NCBI GenBank assembly: GCA_014800845.1
Contig: JAAVFJ010000049.1
Coordinates: forward strand, 2,181 to 66,180
Source: Bacteroidales bacterium
Lineage (GTDB): Bacteria > Bacteroidota > Bacteroidia > Bacteroidales > Muribaculaceae
Length of the DNA: 64,000 bases
Direction of reading: 5' to 3'
Below the pieces are notes generated by a model that saw only the letters and a program-made list of their open reading frames with translations, did no database searches and was not told where the DNA came from. Shown piece after piece: positions 1 through 9,393 of this stretch. Made by a program: the position numbers and the translations under genes. The first letter of the stretch is position 1. Every line of letters begins with the position of its first letter.

Positions 1-1835
1 CTGTACAAAATGGTGTTTGAGTTTAACATCTGTTGCTCTATATGCTGCCTGCCCGGAGAGATTGAGCCGGTCAGATATTTCTCCATCATGAGGCTACCGA
101 TAGGCACACCGTAAGCGGCACCGAAACCGGCATTTTCCACATAGACGCAGATGGCAATCTTGGGATTATGGTAGGGCGCAAAGCCTATGAATGCCGAGTG
201 GTCACGTCCGTGGGGATTCTGCGCGGTGCCGGTTTTGCCACACACCTCAATGCCGGGCAGAGCGGCTCCGCGGCAGGTGCCACCAGTGACAGCCATACGC
301 ATGCCTTCGGCCACTATGTCATAATATCCCTTGTCTATATGTGGAGTGTGGCGCGTAGTGTATTGCTTGGGGAGCACGGTATCCTGAATCTGGCGTACTA
401 CGTGAGGAGTATAGAAATAGCCTCTGTTGGCAATAGTCGCCGCAAGATTAGCAATCTGAATAGGTGTAGCCAGCACCTCACCCTGTCCGATGGAGATAGA
501 GATGATAGTGTTGCCGCTCCACGAATTTCTATAGGCCTTGTTATAATAGTCAGCATTGGGAATAAAACCGCGGCTTTCCGAAGGGAGGTCCACACCGAGC
601 TTGTAGCCGTAGCCCATCTCCACCAGATAATCCTTCCACTTGGTGAGCTGGTCCTGAGGTTTAGTTCCTGCCTTGTCAATCATGTTCTTCAGGCCCCAGC
701 AGAAGTAGGCGTTGCAAGAGGTCTGGAGCGCAGGCTTAACGGCGATGGGGGAGGCGTGGGAGTGGCAGCCCACATGCAGGCCCCTATTGTTATAGCCGTG
801 CGCGCAGGGGAATGCAGTCCCAGTAGTGACAATATTTTCCTGAAGAAGAATGAGAGCCTGCGTAGGTTTAAACGTGGAACCGGGAGGATAGGAAGCCTGC
901 AGCGCGCGGTCAAAAAGGGGCTTGTAGGGGTTATTCACCAAGGCCGCATAGTTTTTGCCGCGGTCCTTACCGAGCAACAGATTGGGGTCATAAGAGGGGG
1001 AGGTCACGAGTGCCAGTATCTCGCCGGTTTCCGGCTCGATAGCCACGATAGCTCCGATCTTGCCCGTCATAAGTCGCTCGCCATATTCCTGAAGCTCTAT
1101 GTCAATTGACAGATTCAGATTATGTCCGGAGCGTGGAGCCACATCATGCTTGCCATCCTCATACTTGCCTTTTATGCGTCCTAAGGCATCTTTCATGAGA
1201 ATCTCTTCCCCCTTTACGCCGCGCAGATATGACTCATAGGACTTCTCGATACCCAGATCGCCGGTATAGTCACCGCGTCGGTAATAGGAATCTTTCTCCA
1301 GGTCAGTTGCCGAAACCTCACGGATGTTACCGAGAACATTGGCGCCGGCCAGGTGATTGTATTGTCTGATGGTTCTCTTCTGTATGAAAAGGCCGGGGAA
1401 AAGATAGAGCTTCTCCTGCAGCCTGCCGTAGTCTTCAGGTGACAAGTGCACGAGCAGCTTCTGAGGTGTATAGGAAGAGTAGCCCGGATTTCTGCGAGGG
1501 TCACGCATTTCAGCGAATTTTTCCCTTAATTGCTCACGTGTAATTCCGAGAGTGGTGCAGAAAGTAGTAGTGTCGAATGATGTCACATCCTTCGGTATCA
1601 TCATGACATCATAGGCCGGCTGGTTAAATACCACCAGCTCACCGTTGCGGTCATAAATCAGGCCACGGGCCGGGTATATTGTGCGTCGGAGAAACGCATT
1701 GCTCTCAGCGTTAAGTTTGTATTTGTCGTCGCTTACCTGGAGATTGAAGAGTCTAACTATATAGAGGGCTACAATCACGCAGATGAAACCGGCAATAACA
1801 TACTTGCGTTTCTCAAGATTATAGTCTTTTGACAT
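1..1835 (-). CDS. mrdA: Penicillin-binding protein 2 (runs off the left edge; last few codons missing)
   Basis: Absent from the ORF track because it has no stop in the window. Manual translation from ATG 1835 (MSKDYNLEKRKYVIAGFIC...) stays in frame through SxxK (PPGSTFK, 887-867) and KTG (GKTGTAQNPHG, ~239-207); lies directly downstream of mreBCD. Confidence 0.95.
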   Translation of the reverse strand, partial: MSKDYNLEKRKYVIAGFICVIVALYIVRLFNLQVSDDKYKLNAESNAFLRRTIYPARGLIYDRNGELVVFNQPAYDVMMIPKDVTSFDTTTFCTTLGITREQLREKFAEMRDPRRNPGYSSYTPQKLLVHLSPEDYGRLQEKLYLFPGLFIQKRTIRQYNHLAGANVLGNIREVSATDLEKDSYYRRGDYTGDLGIEKSYESYLRGVKGEEILMKDALGRIKGKYEDGKHDVAPRSGHNLNLSIDIELQEYGERLMTGKIGAIVAIEPETGEILALVTSPSYDPNLLLGKDRGKNYAALVNNPYKPLFDRALQASYPPGSTFKPTQALILLQENIVTTGTAFPCAHGYNNRGLHVGCHSHASPIAVKPALQTSCNAYFCWGLKNMIDKAGTKPQDQLTKWKDYLVEMGYGYKLGVDLPSESRGFIPNADYYNKAYRNSWSGNTIISISIGQGEVLATPIQIANLAATIANRGYFYTPHVVRQIQDTVLPKQYTTRHTPHIDKGYYDIVAEGMRMAVTGGTCRGAALPGIEVCGKTGTAQNPHGRDHSAFIGFAPYHNPKIAICVYVENAGFGAAYGVPIGSLMMEKYLTGSISPGRQHIEQQMLNSNTILY

Positions 1836-1852
1836 TGGCGATTTAGAATCTC

Positions 1853-2350
1853 TTAGCTACGCGATGCACGCATCAGTCCATCTATGCCAAGCATTACAAC
1901 GCTTGAAAGCAATGTAGAAGCAATTATTTTGACTATGATTGCCCCAACTGCTGTGAAGCTGAAGTATTCAATGAAGAATACGAGTGTGCAGTATATTAAG
2001 GTCAGCGTAATCAGATATTTAATATAAATGGCGGGAGGGAGGGTGGAGATTGAGGGGGTAAGATGCTGCAGCGAATCATCGCCTCCGGTGTAGGCACCAT
2101 AGATAGGGCGGCGCAATGCTGCAACGACAGTTGCGGCCAGTGAATTTAACCCCGGGGTGTCACTAAGTATATCTATCAGAAAGCCTGATATGAAGGCTAT
2201 AGTAAGTACCGTTTTGGGGTTAAGGGAAATTGGCAGGCGGAATATGCCATATATGAAAATAATAGGCATAGCCACACCGAAGAGCATGATATGATTACAT
2301 ATCAGCACCTGAGCGAGAATGAGAATCAATATGAGTACCAGATTTCTCAC
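1853..2350 (-). CDS. mreD: Rod shape-determining protein MreD
   Basis: 165-aa multi-TM protein between mreC and mrdA; GFLIDILSDTPG motif. Confidence 0.9.
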   Translation of the reverse strand: MRNLVLILILILAQVLICNHIMLFGVAMPIIFIYGIFRLPISLNPKTVLTIAFISGFLIDILSDTPGLNSLAATVVAALRRPIYGAYTGGDDSLQHLTPSISTLPPAIYIKYLITLTLIYCTLVFFIEYFSFTAVGAIIVKIIASTLLSSVVMLGIDGLMRASRS

Positions 2351-2356
2351 AGAGGA

Positions 2357-3208
2357 TCAATTGTTAGGTGATTCATCAAACATAGTAAGCGAATCGGTTT
2401 CGGCCTTATATCTATCGCTTAGCACACGCACTGTGGAGAGCGTGGGGAAGTCTGATGCAAGTCTTACTTTTACAGTATAGAAATTGTCATCGGCCGTGCT
2501 CACCTGACCCATTACGTAGCCTACTGGAATACCTTCGGGGAACGTAGTGGAATAGCCGCTCGTCACAATAGTGTCGCCTACATGATATTTCACATGTCTT
2601 GGCAGTTCCTCCACGTAAGCTATTGAGGCATTACCCTCTTTCCATGACAGTGTGCCAATATGGGGGGTACCTTTGACTTTCACCGAGAAGTGCTGATTAG
2701 CGTTAAGCACAGAGACGATCCGTGCCGTGTGCTTACCGGTGACACCTACAATTCCCACTATACCATTGTGGTCAACCACGCCCATTCCGGATTGAATACC
2801 ATCCTGACTACCTCGGTTGATAGTAAAGTAGTTGCGGGGTTTATGAGTGGAATTGTTTATTACAGTGGCGGAGATAAAACGAAATCTGTCAACCTCGCTG
2901 TTGCCGGCATGGATTGAATCTGGCATAGATGATTTCAGATCTGCCAGACGGTGGCGCAGGTTGAGTACCTCAGTCTCAAGAGCAGCGTTGCGCTGTTGCA
3001 AATCAGAGTTAATCGAACGCAGATGAAAGTAACCGGTCACCCCTTGCGCAGTGCTGTAAATTGCGTTACCTACAGATGAGGCTGAAGTGAGATAGATACT
3101 TTGCTGATACAGATTTCCTGAAAACAACATGATGCAACTCAACAACACATATAGCATGAATAGCATAGATGTGCTGTACTTTATGAAAAAGTCAATGAGT
3201 GTGCGCAC
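2357..3208 (-). CDS. mreC: Rod shape-determining protein MreC
   Basis: N-terminal TM, coiled coil, TINRGSQDGI and GDTIVTSGYSTTFPEGIPVG motifs; operon context. Confidence 0.95.
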   Translation of the reverse strand: MRTLIDFFIKYSTSMLFMLYVLLSCIMLFSGNLYQQSIYLTSASSVGNAIYSTAQGVTGYFHLRSINSDLQQRNAALETEVLNLRHRLADLKSSMPDSIHAGNSEVDRFRFISATVINNSTHKPRNYFTINRGSQDGIQSGMGVVDHNGIVGIVGVTGKHTARIVSVLNANQHFSVKVKGTPHIGTLSWKEGNASIAYVEELPRHVKYHVGDTIVTSGYSTTFPEGIPVGYVMGQVSTADDNFYTVKVRLASDFPTLSTVRVLSDRYKAETDSLTMFDESPNN

Positions 3209-3284
3209 GGTTGCTCAATTATTAGGGAGCAGACAAAGGGGAGAACCGGGTTGTTCTCACACTTTGCCTGCGGTATAAGTATGA

Positions 3285-4313
3285 TTAATAGTTCTTGATA
3301 AGGAAGGAGAAGCGGTTGTAATTCTTAAGCGCTACGCCTGTGCCGCGAGCCACTGCATGCAGGGGATCCTCAGCCACGTGGAATTGAATTCCGAAGCGGT
3401 CGGTGAATCTCTTGTCAAGACCGCGGAGCAGCGCACCGCCACCGGCCAAGTAGATACCTTTCTTCACAATATCAGCATAGAGTTCCGGCGGAGTATTCTC
3501 AAGAGCGTCAAGCACAGCGGCCTCCATCTTAGAGATGGTTTTATCTATGCACTGAGCTATCTCCTTATAACTAACAGAAACCTCCATGGGGAGAGCTGTA
3601 ATCTTGTTGGGGCCATGCACAATGAAGTCTTCAGGGGGATTCTCAAGCTCAGAGAGGGCGGAACCTACGTGAATCTTTATCTGCTCAGCCATAGTGGCGC
3701 CTACCTTAAGATTGTGTTCGCGGCTCATGTGCTCCTGGATGTCGGCAGTAAGCTCATTACCTGCTATGCGAATGCTCTTGTTTGACACGATGCCACCAAG
3801 AGAAATAACGGCGATTTCAGTAGTGCCACCACCTATATCCACAATCATGTTGCCCTGAGGTGCCTCAATGTCGAGACCGATGCCGAGAGCGGCTGCCATA
3901 GGCTCATAAATCAGATATACGTAACGGCCGCCGGCATGCTCGGAAGATTCCTTAACGGCACGGATTTCCACCTCCGTAGAGCCTGAGGGAATGCAGACCA
4001 CCATGCGCAGCGCGGGGTCAAACCAACGGTGTTTCTTTTTGCTTACCATCTTCACAAGTCCGCGAATCATCTGCTCTGCAGCTGTAAAGTCAGCAATCAC
4101 ACCATCGCGCAGAGGGCGGATAGTGCGTATGCCGGGAGGTTCCTTACCCTCCATCTGGTGAGCGGTTTCGCCTACAGCGAGCACCTTGTCGTTCTTAGTC
4201 TCGATAGCTACTACCGAGGGCTGATCGACCACAATTTTATTGTTATGGATAATAATGGAGTTGGCAGTGCCGAGGTCCATTGCTATCTCTTGTGTGAATG
4301 AGAAGAAGCCCAT
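3285..4313 (-). CDS. mreB: Actin-like rod shape protein MreB
   Basis: MDLGTAN, IYEPMAAALG, VDIGGGTTE, LAGGGALL motifs. Confidence 0.98.
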   Translation of the reverse strand: MGFFSFTQEIAMDLGTANSIIIHNNKIVVDQPSVVAIETKNDKVLAVGETAHQMEGKEPPGIRTIRPLRDGVIADFTAAEQMIRGLVKMVSKKKHRWFDPALRMVVCIPSGSTEVEIRAVKESSEHAGGRYVYLIYEPMAAALGIGLDIEAPQGNMIVDIGGGTTEIAVISLGGIVSNKSIRIAGNELTADIQEHMSREHNLKVGATMAEQIKIHVGSALSELENPPEDFIVHGPNKITALPMEVSVSYKEIAQCIDKTISKMEAAVLDALENTPPELYADIVKKGIYLAGGGALLRGLDKRFTDRFGIQFHVAEDPLHAVARGTGVALKNYNRFSFLIKNY

Positions 4314-4363
4314 TAATAAAGAGAGTTAAAAAGATAATTAATAAAGGGAGAGTGTGATGGGGA

Positions 4364-5905
4364 TTAGTGACGGAAATGGCGCGTGCCGGTAAATGCCATA
4401 GCTATACCGCGCTCATTGCAGGCATTGATGGAGTCCTGATCACGCACTGAGCCGCCGGGCTGAACAATAGCTGTGATACCGGCCTCTGAAGCAAGTTCCA
4501 CACAGTCTGAGAAGGGGAAGAAAGCATCTGAAGCAAGCACGGCACCATTGAGGTCGAAGCCAAATTCTTTAGCCTTTGCGATTGCCTGACGCAGAGAGTC
4601 TACGCGTGAAGTCTGACCTATGCCGGAAGCGCAGAGCTGACCGTTCTTAGCAAGTACAATTGCGTTACTCTTGGAGTGCTTCACAATCTTCTCCGCAAAC
4701 GCCAGGTCCTTAATCTGCTCCTCGGTGAGAGCTTTGTCTGTCACGGTGCTCAGCTTGGCAGCATTGAACACGGCAGTGTCATTTTCCTGCTCAAGCAGAC
4801 CGTTGAGCGCTGAGCGATAGCGGGGATAATTGCGGGTGCCGAGAGTGAGAGTCTCGGGAGCTGCTTTCAGAATAATGCGGTTCTTCTTTGACTTGAGCAC
4901 TTCGAGAGCCTCATCAGAGTATTCGGGAGCCATGATTACCTCAAGGAAAATCTTATTGATTTCCTCAGCGGTTTCTTTGTCGATGGGGCGGTTGGCGATG
5001 AGTACGCCGCCGAATGCTGACACGGGATCGCAAGCAAGTGCAGCGTCCCACGCCTCCTTTATAGACGCACGGGTTGCAATGCCGCAGGCATTGTTGTGCT
5101 TAAGGATGGCGAAAGTAGGCTCATCGCGGAAGTCGCTGATGAGAGCCACGGCTGCGTCTATGTCAAGCAGATTGTTGTAAGAAATTTCCTTACCGTGGAG
5201 CTTGGTGAAGAGCTCGTCGAAGCGGCCGAAGAACTTGGCTTTCTGGTGGGGATTCTCACCGTAGCGCAGAGGCATATTGCCATCTACAGCCAGACGCAGG
5301 TCAGAGCGGTCATTACGGTCAAACCAATTGAAAATTGCGCTGTCATACTGGCTTGAAACGGCAAAAGCCTCCTTGGCAAACCAGCATCGCTGATGTATGT
5401 CTGTTACATTGCCCTGAGTCTCGAGAATCTCGCGAAGGGGAGCATATTGAGCTTTTGAGGCTACGATCACTACGTCATTGAAATTCTTGGCAGCGCCGCG
5501 TATCAGAGAGATGCCGCCTATATCGATTTTCTCAATGATTTGAGCCTCATCGTTAGTAGAAGCCACAGTGTCAGAGAAGGGATAGAGGTCTACTATTACG
5601 AGGTCGAGGGTGGGAATATCGTACTGAGCAAGCTGAGCCTGATGGCTTTCATCTTCTCTGCGGGCGAGAATACCGCCGAACACTTTGGGATGGAGAGTCT
5701 TTACGCGTCCGTCAAGTATGGAGGGATAGGAAGTCACGCTTTCCACTGTGACACAGGGAATTCCGAGTGACTCTATAAACTTGTGAGTACCACCTGTAGA
5801 GTAGAGGGTAACTCCATGTTTGTGCAGCAGACGAATGATTTCGTCGAGGCCGTCCTTGTGATATACTGAGATAAGTGCAGATTTAATTTGCTTCTGATTC
5901 TCCAT
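4364..5905 (-). CDS. purH: Bifunctional AICAR transformylase/IMP cyclohydrolase
   Basis: GRVKTLHP, IDIGGISLIRGAAKN, LRYGENPHQ, SDAFFPF, RHFRH C-terminus. Confidence 0.98.
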   Translation of the reverse strand: MENQKQIKSALISVYHKDGLDEIIRLLHKHGVTLYSTGGTHKFIESLGIPCVTVESVTSYPSILDGRVKTLHPKVFGGILARREDESHQAQLAQYDIPTLDLVIVDLYPFSDTVASTNDEAQIIEKIDIGGISLIRGAAKNFNDVVIVASKAQYAPLREILETQGNVTDIHQRCWFAKEAFAVSSQYDSAIFNWFDRNDRSDLRLAVDGNMPLRYGENPHQKAKFFGRFDELFTKLHGKEISYNNLLDIDAAVALISDFRDEPTFAILKHNNACGIATRASIKEAWDAALACDPVSAFGGVLIANRPIDKETAEEINKIFLEVIMAPEYSDEALEVLKSKKNRIILKAAPETLTLGTRNYPRYRSALNGLLEQENDTAVFNAAKLSTVTDKALTEEQIKDLAFAEKIVKHSKSNAIVLAKNGQLCASGIGQTSRVDSLRQAIAKAKEFGFDLNGAVLASDAFFPFSDCVELASEAGITAIVQPGGSVRDQDSINACNERGIAMAFTGTRHFRH

Positions 5906-5937
5906 TATTGCGCAAGTGTTGGTAATAAATTAGGGCA

Positions 5938-5945
5938 CAAAGGTA
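5938..5945 (-). promoter_or_regulatory. Bacteroidota housekeeping promoter -7 element (TACCTTTG) for purH
   Basis: Exact TAnnTTTG match 33 nt upstream of the purH ATG. Confidence 0.7.
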
Positions 5946-5986
5946 CAAAATTTTTATTACATAAATTGTCAGCCACGGAAAATTTT

Positions 5987-6925
5987 TCACACATAAGGCG
6001 CTCTAAGATGTTCTGCACGATGAATTAGGCCGAAATCAAAGTCTTCAAGCAGCTCATTTGCGGATACGGGTGTCGGCGTGGAGCGCAGCCCCGCTATGTT
6101 TGCAAGCATGCCTATCAGCTCCTCGGCACTGTAATTTTTACGTAGGGCCTCCATGCTCAACGAGGCGTCACGCTTGCTCAGTCGTCTGTCAGAGTCGGGC
6201 GAGAAAAGTAGCGGGACATGAGCAAACTCAGGGGCTGCAAAGCCAAGCAATTCATATATGTAAATCTGTTGAGCCGCTGATAGAAGCAGGTCAGAACCGC
6301 GGACTACTTCTGTTACTCCCATAAGCGCATCGTCGATTACTACTGCCAGCTGATAGCCAAAAGCGCCGTCAGCTCTGCGGACTACGAAATCGCCGCATTC
6401 CTGAGCAAGATTTACGCGTTGTTCCCCATACATTCTGTCTGTGAAATGAATATACCGGTTAGGCACAACGATACGGGTGCTATGAGGTGAGGTCGCTTCC
6501 GGAGCCGGGAATGAATCAGGTCTGCACTTTCCGGAATATATAATTCTGCCATCGCTCTGGTGAGGTGCTTGAGTGGCCATTATGTCCCCGCGCTTGCAGA
6601 AACAAGGGTAAGTGTGGCCGGAGAGCTTGGCCAGATATTGAGAATAAATCTCGCTCCGTCTGCTTTGACTGTAAGGACCATTCGCACCCTTGTCATCCAA
6701 GCCACCCTCATCCCACTCAAGACCGAGCCAAAGCAGGTCTTCTTCTATCTGCTTGGCATATTCCATGCGCGAGCGCTGCGTATCAAGGTCCTCGATACGC
6801 AATATCCATCGGCCACCGCGAGATTTAACCGATAGCCATGAAATCAGTGCGGTAAAAACATTGCCAAGGTGCATACGGCCGGTAGGGGAAGGGGCGAAGC
6901 GACCAACAGGAGGGGTTGAAAGCAT
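5987..6925 (-). CDS. gluQ: Glutamyl-Q tRNA(Asp) synthetase (GluRS catalytic domain only)
   Basis: RFAPSPTGRMHLGN, LRIEDLD, RLSKRD; 312 aa with no anticodon-binding domain. Confidence 0.9.
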   Translation of the reverse strand: MLSTPPVGRFAPSPTGRMHLGNVFTALISWLSVKSRGGRWILRIEDLDTQRSRMEYAKQIEEDLLWLGLEWDEGGLDDKGANGPYSQSRRSEIYSQYLAKLSGHTYPCFCKRGDIMATQAPHQSDGRIIYSGKCRPDSFPAPEATSPHSTRIVVPNRYIHFTDRMYGEQRVNLAQECGDFVVRRADGAFGYQLAVVIDDALMGVTEVVRGSDLLLSAAQQIYIYELLGFAAPEFAHVPLLFSPDSDRRLSKRDASLSMEALRKNYSAEELIGMLANIAGLRSTPTPVSANELLEDFDFGLIHRAEHLRAPYV

Positions 6926-7106
6926 AAGTATGAGTTCAAATTTTTACGAAATCAAATTCAAAAGCAAGAGCTATATGATGAACGTATAATTTTTAATTTT
7001 GGAGGTGATTTCACTCTGTCACTCAGGCGCATAGCTTGCCATGCGCCTGGAACAGCCTCGAAAATAGTTGCGCCTTATATGTCCATATTTTGGGGCCACT
7101 TACTTA
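6925..7106 (+). repeat. Degenerate long copy (182 bp) of the TAAGTAAG inverted-repeat family
   Basis: Left end TAAGTATGAGTTCAAATTTTTACGAAATCAAATTC aligns with the 57437 and 62535 copies. Interior TTTCACTCTGTCACTCA...GAACAGCCT aligns with the 46303 copy. Right end is CACTTACTTA. First base is shared with the gluQ ATG. Confidence 0.8.
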
Positions 7107-7184
7107 AAAATCAGTTTTGAGAGAACTTATTTTGAGCGAGAGTGTTTAAAAGGTAAACGAAATCTTAATTAAACTATTATAGAA

Positions 7185-7787
7185 ATGACACAGACAAAAA
7201 GCCTCAAAGGCACTCAGACAGAAAAATTGGTAGCAGCTTCTTATATGGCGGAAACCCAGGCTTTCGCGCGTTATACATTCTACGCGCAGGCAGCCGACAA
7301 GGAACGCCTATTCCCCATCGGCGTAATTTTCCGTGAAACTGCACAGAATGAAATTCATCACGCCAAGGTTTTCCTGAAGATGCTTGAAAACTCAGAGCTC
7401 AATGAACCCCTCGGAATTGATGCCGGCTATCTTGGCACTACTGCCGACAATCTGAAGATGGCTATCAAGGAGGAGAGCGTAGATGGCTATGAATTCTACA
7501 ATGCAGCAGCCAAGACAGCTACCGAAGAGGGCTTCCCTGAAATAGCTTCTCACTTCACAGCTATCGCTAAGGTTGAGAAATTTCACCATGACCGTTTCAT
7601 CAAGTTCCTTGACATGCTCAACAACGGCACTTTGTGGAAGCGCGAGCAACCCGTAACTTGGAAATGCCTCGTATGCGGTTACACCGTAGTAGGCACTGAG
7701 CCGCCCGCAAAATGCCCCGGTTGTGATCACCCCATGGAGCACTATGTAGCTCTCGAAGATGGCTATGCTCCCGTGGAGGACTTCTAA
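7185..7787 (+). CDS. rbr: Rubrerythrin
   Basis: Di-iron ExxH motifs (NEIHHA, VEKFHH) and C-terminal rubredoxin CLVC...CPGC. Confidence 0.93.
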   Translation: MTQTKSLKGTQTEKLVAASYMAETQAFARYTFYAQAADKERLFPIGVIFRETAQNEIHHAKVFLKMLENSELNEPLGIDAGYLGTTADNLKMAIKEESVDGYEFYNAAAKTATEEGFPEIASHFTAIAKVEKFHHDRFIKFLDMLNNGTLWKREQPVTWKCLVCGYTVVGTEPPAKCPGCDHPMEHYVALEDGYAPVEDF

Positions 7788-7805
7788 GAAAGAATTATAA
7801 ATTTA

Positions 7806-7855
7806 AAAAGATTAGGGTATTTCAAGATGCAAATTTTGAAATACCCTAATCTTTT
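7806..7855. terminator. Bidirectional intrinsic terminator between convergent genes
   Basis: Perfect 20-bp inverted repeat AAAAGATTAGGGTATTTCAA / TTGAAATACCCTAATCTTTT with a 10-nt loop. Confidence 0.8.
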
Positions 7856-7873
7856 GCATTTGCCTCTGAGTGT

Positions 7874-7999
7874 TTTTTTCCAAAAGGAGCGGGTGAAGAT
7901 TGCTATTATCACAAACACCTCCAGGCGCCCGGCAAGCATAAGAAAAGACATACCCCATTTTCCGGTAGAGGGGAGGAAATCAAAGGAACCGGTGGATCC
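7874..7999 (-). pseudogene. trkH: 3'-terminal remnant (~42 codons) of a TrkH-family potassium uptake membrane protein
   Basis: Translates GSTGSFDFLPSTGKWGMSFLMLAGRLEVFVIIAIFTRSFWKK, matching the characteristic TrkH C-terminus (GPxxxFxxLPxxxKWxLxxxMLxGRLExF...FW). No upstream coding sequence is present. Confidence 0.85.
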
Positions 8000-8001
8000 G
8001 G

Positions 8002-8020
8002 TAATTCTTGACACTTACTA
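8002..8020 (+). repeat. Isolated right-end fragment of the TAAGTAAG repeat family
   Basis: TAATTCTTGACACTTACT is identical over 18 nt to the end of the 57437 copy (reverse strand); abuts the trkH remnant. Confidence 0.75.
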
Positions 8021-8026
8021 ATTACT

Positions 8027-8809
8027 TTAGTCGGCATCTTTCCACGCGGGGAACTTCTCGCGGAAGCGCCGCAGTTTTTCTATGTCAAGCTGAGCATAGA
8101 TAAACGGATGCCCCTCCGGATGTATGCCTGTATCTTTTCCTTTGAAGTCTATGATAGCACTTTCGCCGCCATAGACGATGCCCAAGTCATCAGTACCCAG
8201 GCAGTTAACACCTGCCACGTATGCTTCATTCTCAACCGCGCGGGCACGCAGCAGCAGCTCCCAGGCGGAAGATCGCGGTTTCGGCCAGTTGGCCACGGCT
8301 ATCAGCAGGTCATATTCATTCTGTCGGTTTCTGCACCAGATGGGGAAGCGAATGTCGTAACAGACAATCATGGAAATGTTCCAGCCGCGAAAGCGCACAG
8401 CCATACGCTCTGCACCGCGACCAAAAACTTTGTCTTCTCCCGCCATAGTAAACAGGTGTTTCTTGTCGGCAAAAGTTTCCTCGCCATTAGGCTCTATGAA
8501 AAAGGCACGATTGTAGAGCACACCGCCGGAGTCTGCTATGAATGAACCAGCTATGGCCACATTGTGCTTACGCGAAAGCGCCTTGATTGTATCAATTGTT
8601 TTGCCTGTGTTGCGCTCGGCCAGAGGCCGGAGTTCATCGCGGGTCTTTCCTGACATAAATCCGGTGGAAAAAGTCTCGGGAAGAATCAGCAGATCCGTCT
8701 CCGGATGTAGCGACTCAAGTGTGTCGATCAGCACACGCATGTTCTCAGCTTTGTCACCCCACTTTATGTTTTGAGGGAAAAGAGCGATGTTAAGATTTTT
8801 GGTTGTCAT
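8027..8809 (-). CDS. Nitrilase-family amidohydrolase (omega-amidase/YafV-like)
   Basis: LILPETFSTGF (Glu), ADKKHLF (Lys), VCYDIRFP (Cys) catalytic triad motifs. Confidence 0.9.
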   Translation of the reverse strand: MTTKNLNIALFPQNIKWGDKAENMRVLIDTLESLHPETDLLILPETFSTGFMSGKTRDELRPLAERNTGKTIDTIKALSRKHNVAIAGSFIADSGGVLYNRAFFIEPNGEETFADKKHLFTMAGEDKVFGRGAERMAVRFRGWNISMIVCYDIRFPIWCRNRQNEYDLLIAVANWPKPRSSAWELLLRARAVENEAYVAGVNCLGTDDLGIVYGGESAIIDFKGKDTGIHPEGHPFIYAQLDIEKLRRFREKFPAWKDAD

Positions 8810-8819
8810 TAAGGTTTAC

Positions 8820-9362
8820 TCATATTTGGAATTTTTCCGGATAGCGGGCGCAGTCGGCAAAAGGTGCGTAATAAGATTTAATCCTTGCCAGGTCCGCTTC
8901 TATGTCTCCGGTAGGAGAGAACTCCTCATCTATGATAATCTGCTTATGCTTATAGTCTATGACGCCGAGCTGCACCAGGACACCGGCCCCATACGCTATG
9001 CGCAAGAAACCTGTGTGCCACTCAGCTTTCCCGGAGCGGGTGCCTTCGGGGGTAATTGCAAGGTTCATGTAGTCAGTTTCCTTGAATTTACGTATCAATT
9101 GAGTGGTAAGGTCCCCTTTGCGGCTGCGGGTTACGGGTATGCCGCCAAAATGACGGAAGACATATTTAAGCGGGAAGAAAAACCAACTCTCTTTCATAAG
9201 AAAATTGGCCTTTCTTCCTACAGATTTGTACGCTAATAACCCTAAGATAAAATCCCAGTTAGAGGTGTGCGGAGCTACGCATATCACGCACTTATTGCGG
9301 CGAGGAGCCTTTAGAGAAACGCGCCAGCCGAAAGTTTTCAAGAGTAGTCCGCTGATACTCAT
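8820..9362 (-). CDS. Lysophospholipid acyltransferase (PlsC family)
   Basis: APHTSNWDF (HxxxxD) and ITPEGTRS motifs. Confidence 0.9.
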   Translation of the reverse strand: MSISGLLLKTFGWRVSLKAPRRNKCVICVAPHTSNWDFILGLLAYKSVGRKANFLMKESWFFFPLKYVFRHFGGIPVTRSRKGDLTTQLIRKFKETDYMNLAITPEGTRSGKAEWHTGFLRIAYGAGVLVQLGVIDYKHKQIIIDEEFSPTGDIEADLARIKSYYAPFADCARYPEKFQI

Positions 9363-9393
9363 AATCAGGAAATCAGGTTACAACAGGTTGAGC

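Noticed and set aside
168-1504. ORFs 168-1109 (+), 398-679, 689-913 and 1214-1504 (-) in the track
   Set aside because: They are antisense or off-frame shadows of mrdA, whose true frame (start 1835) runs off the window and was therefore omitted from the track.
7827-8021. 64-aa plus-strand ORF
   Set aside because: Spans a terminator arm, the antisense of the trkH remnant and the repeat end; no coding features.
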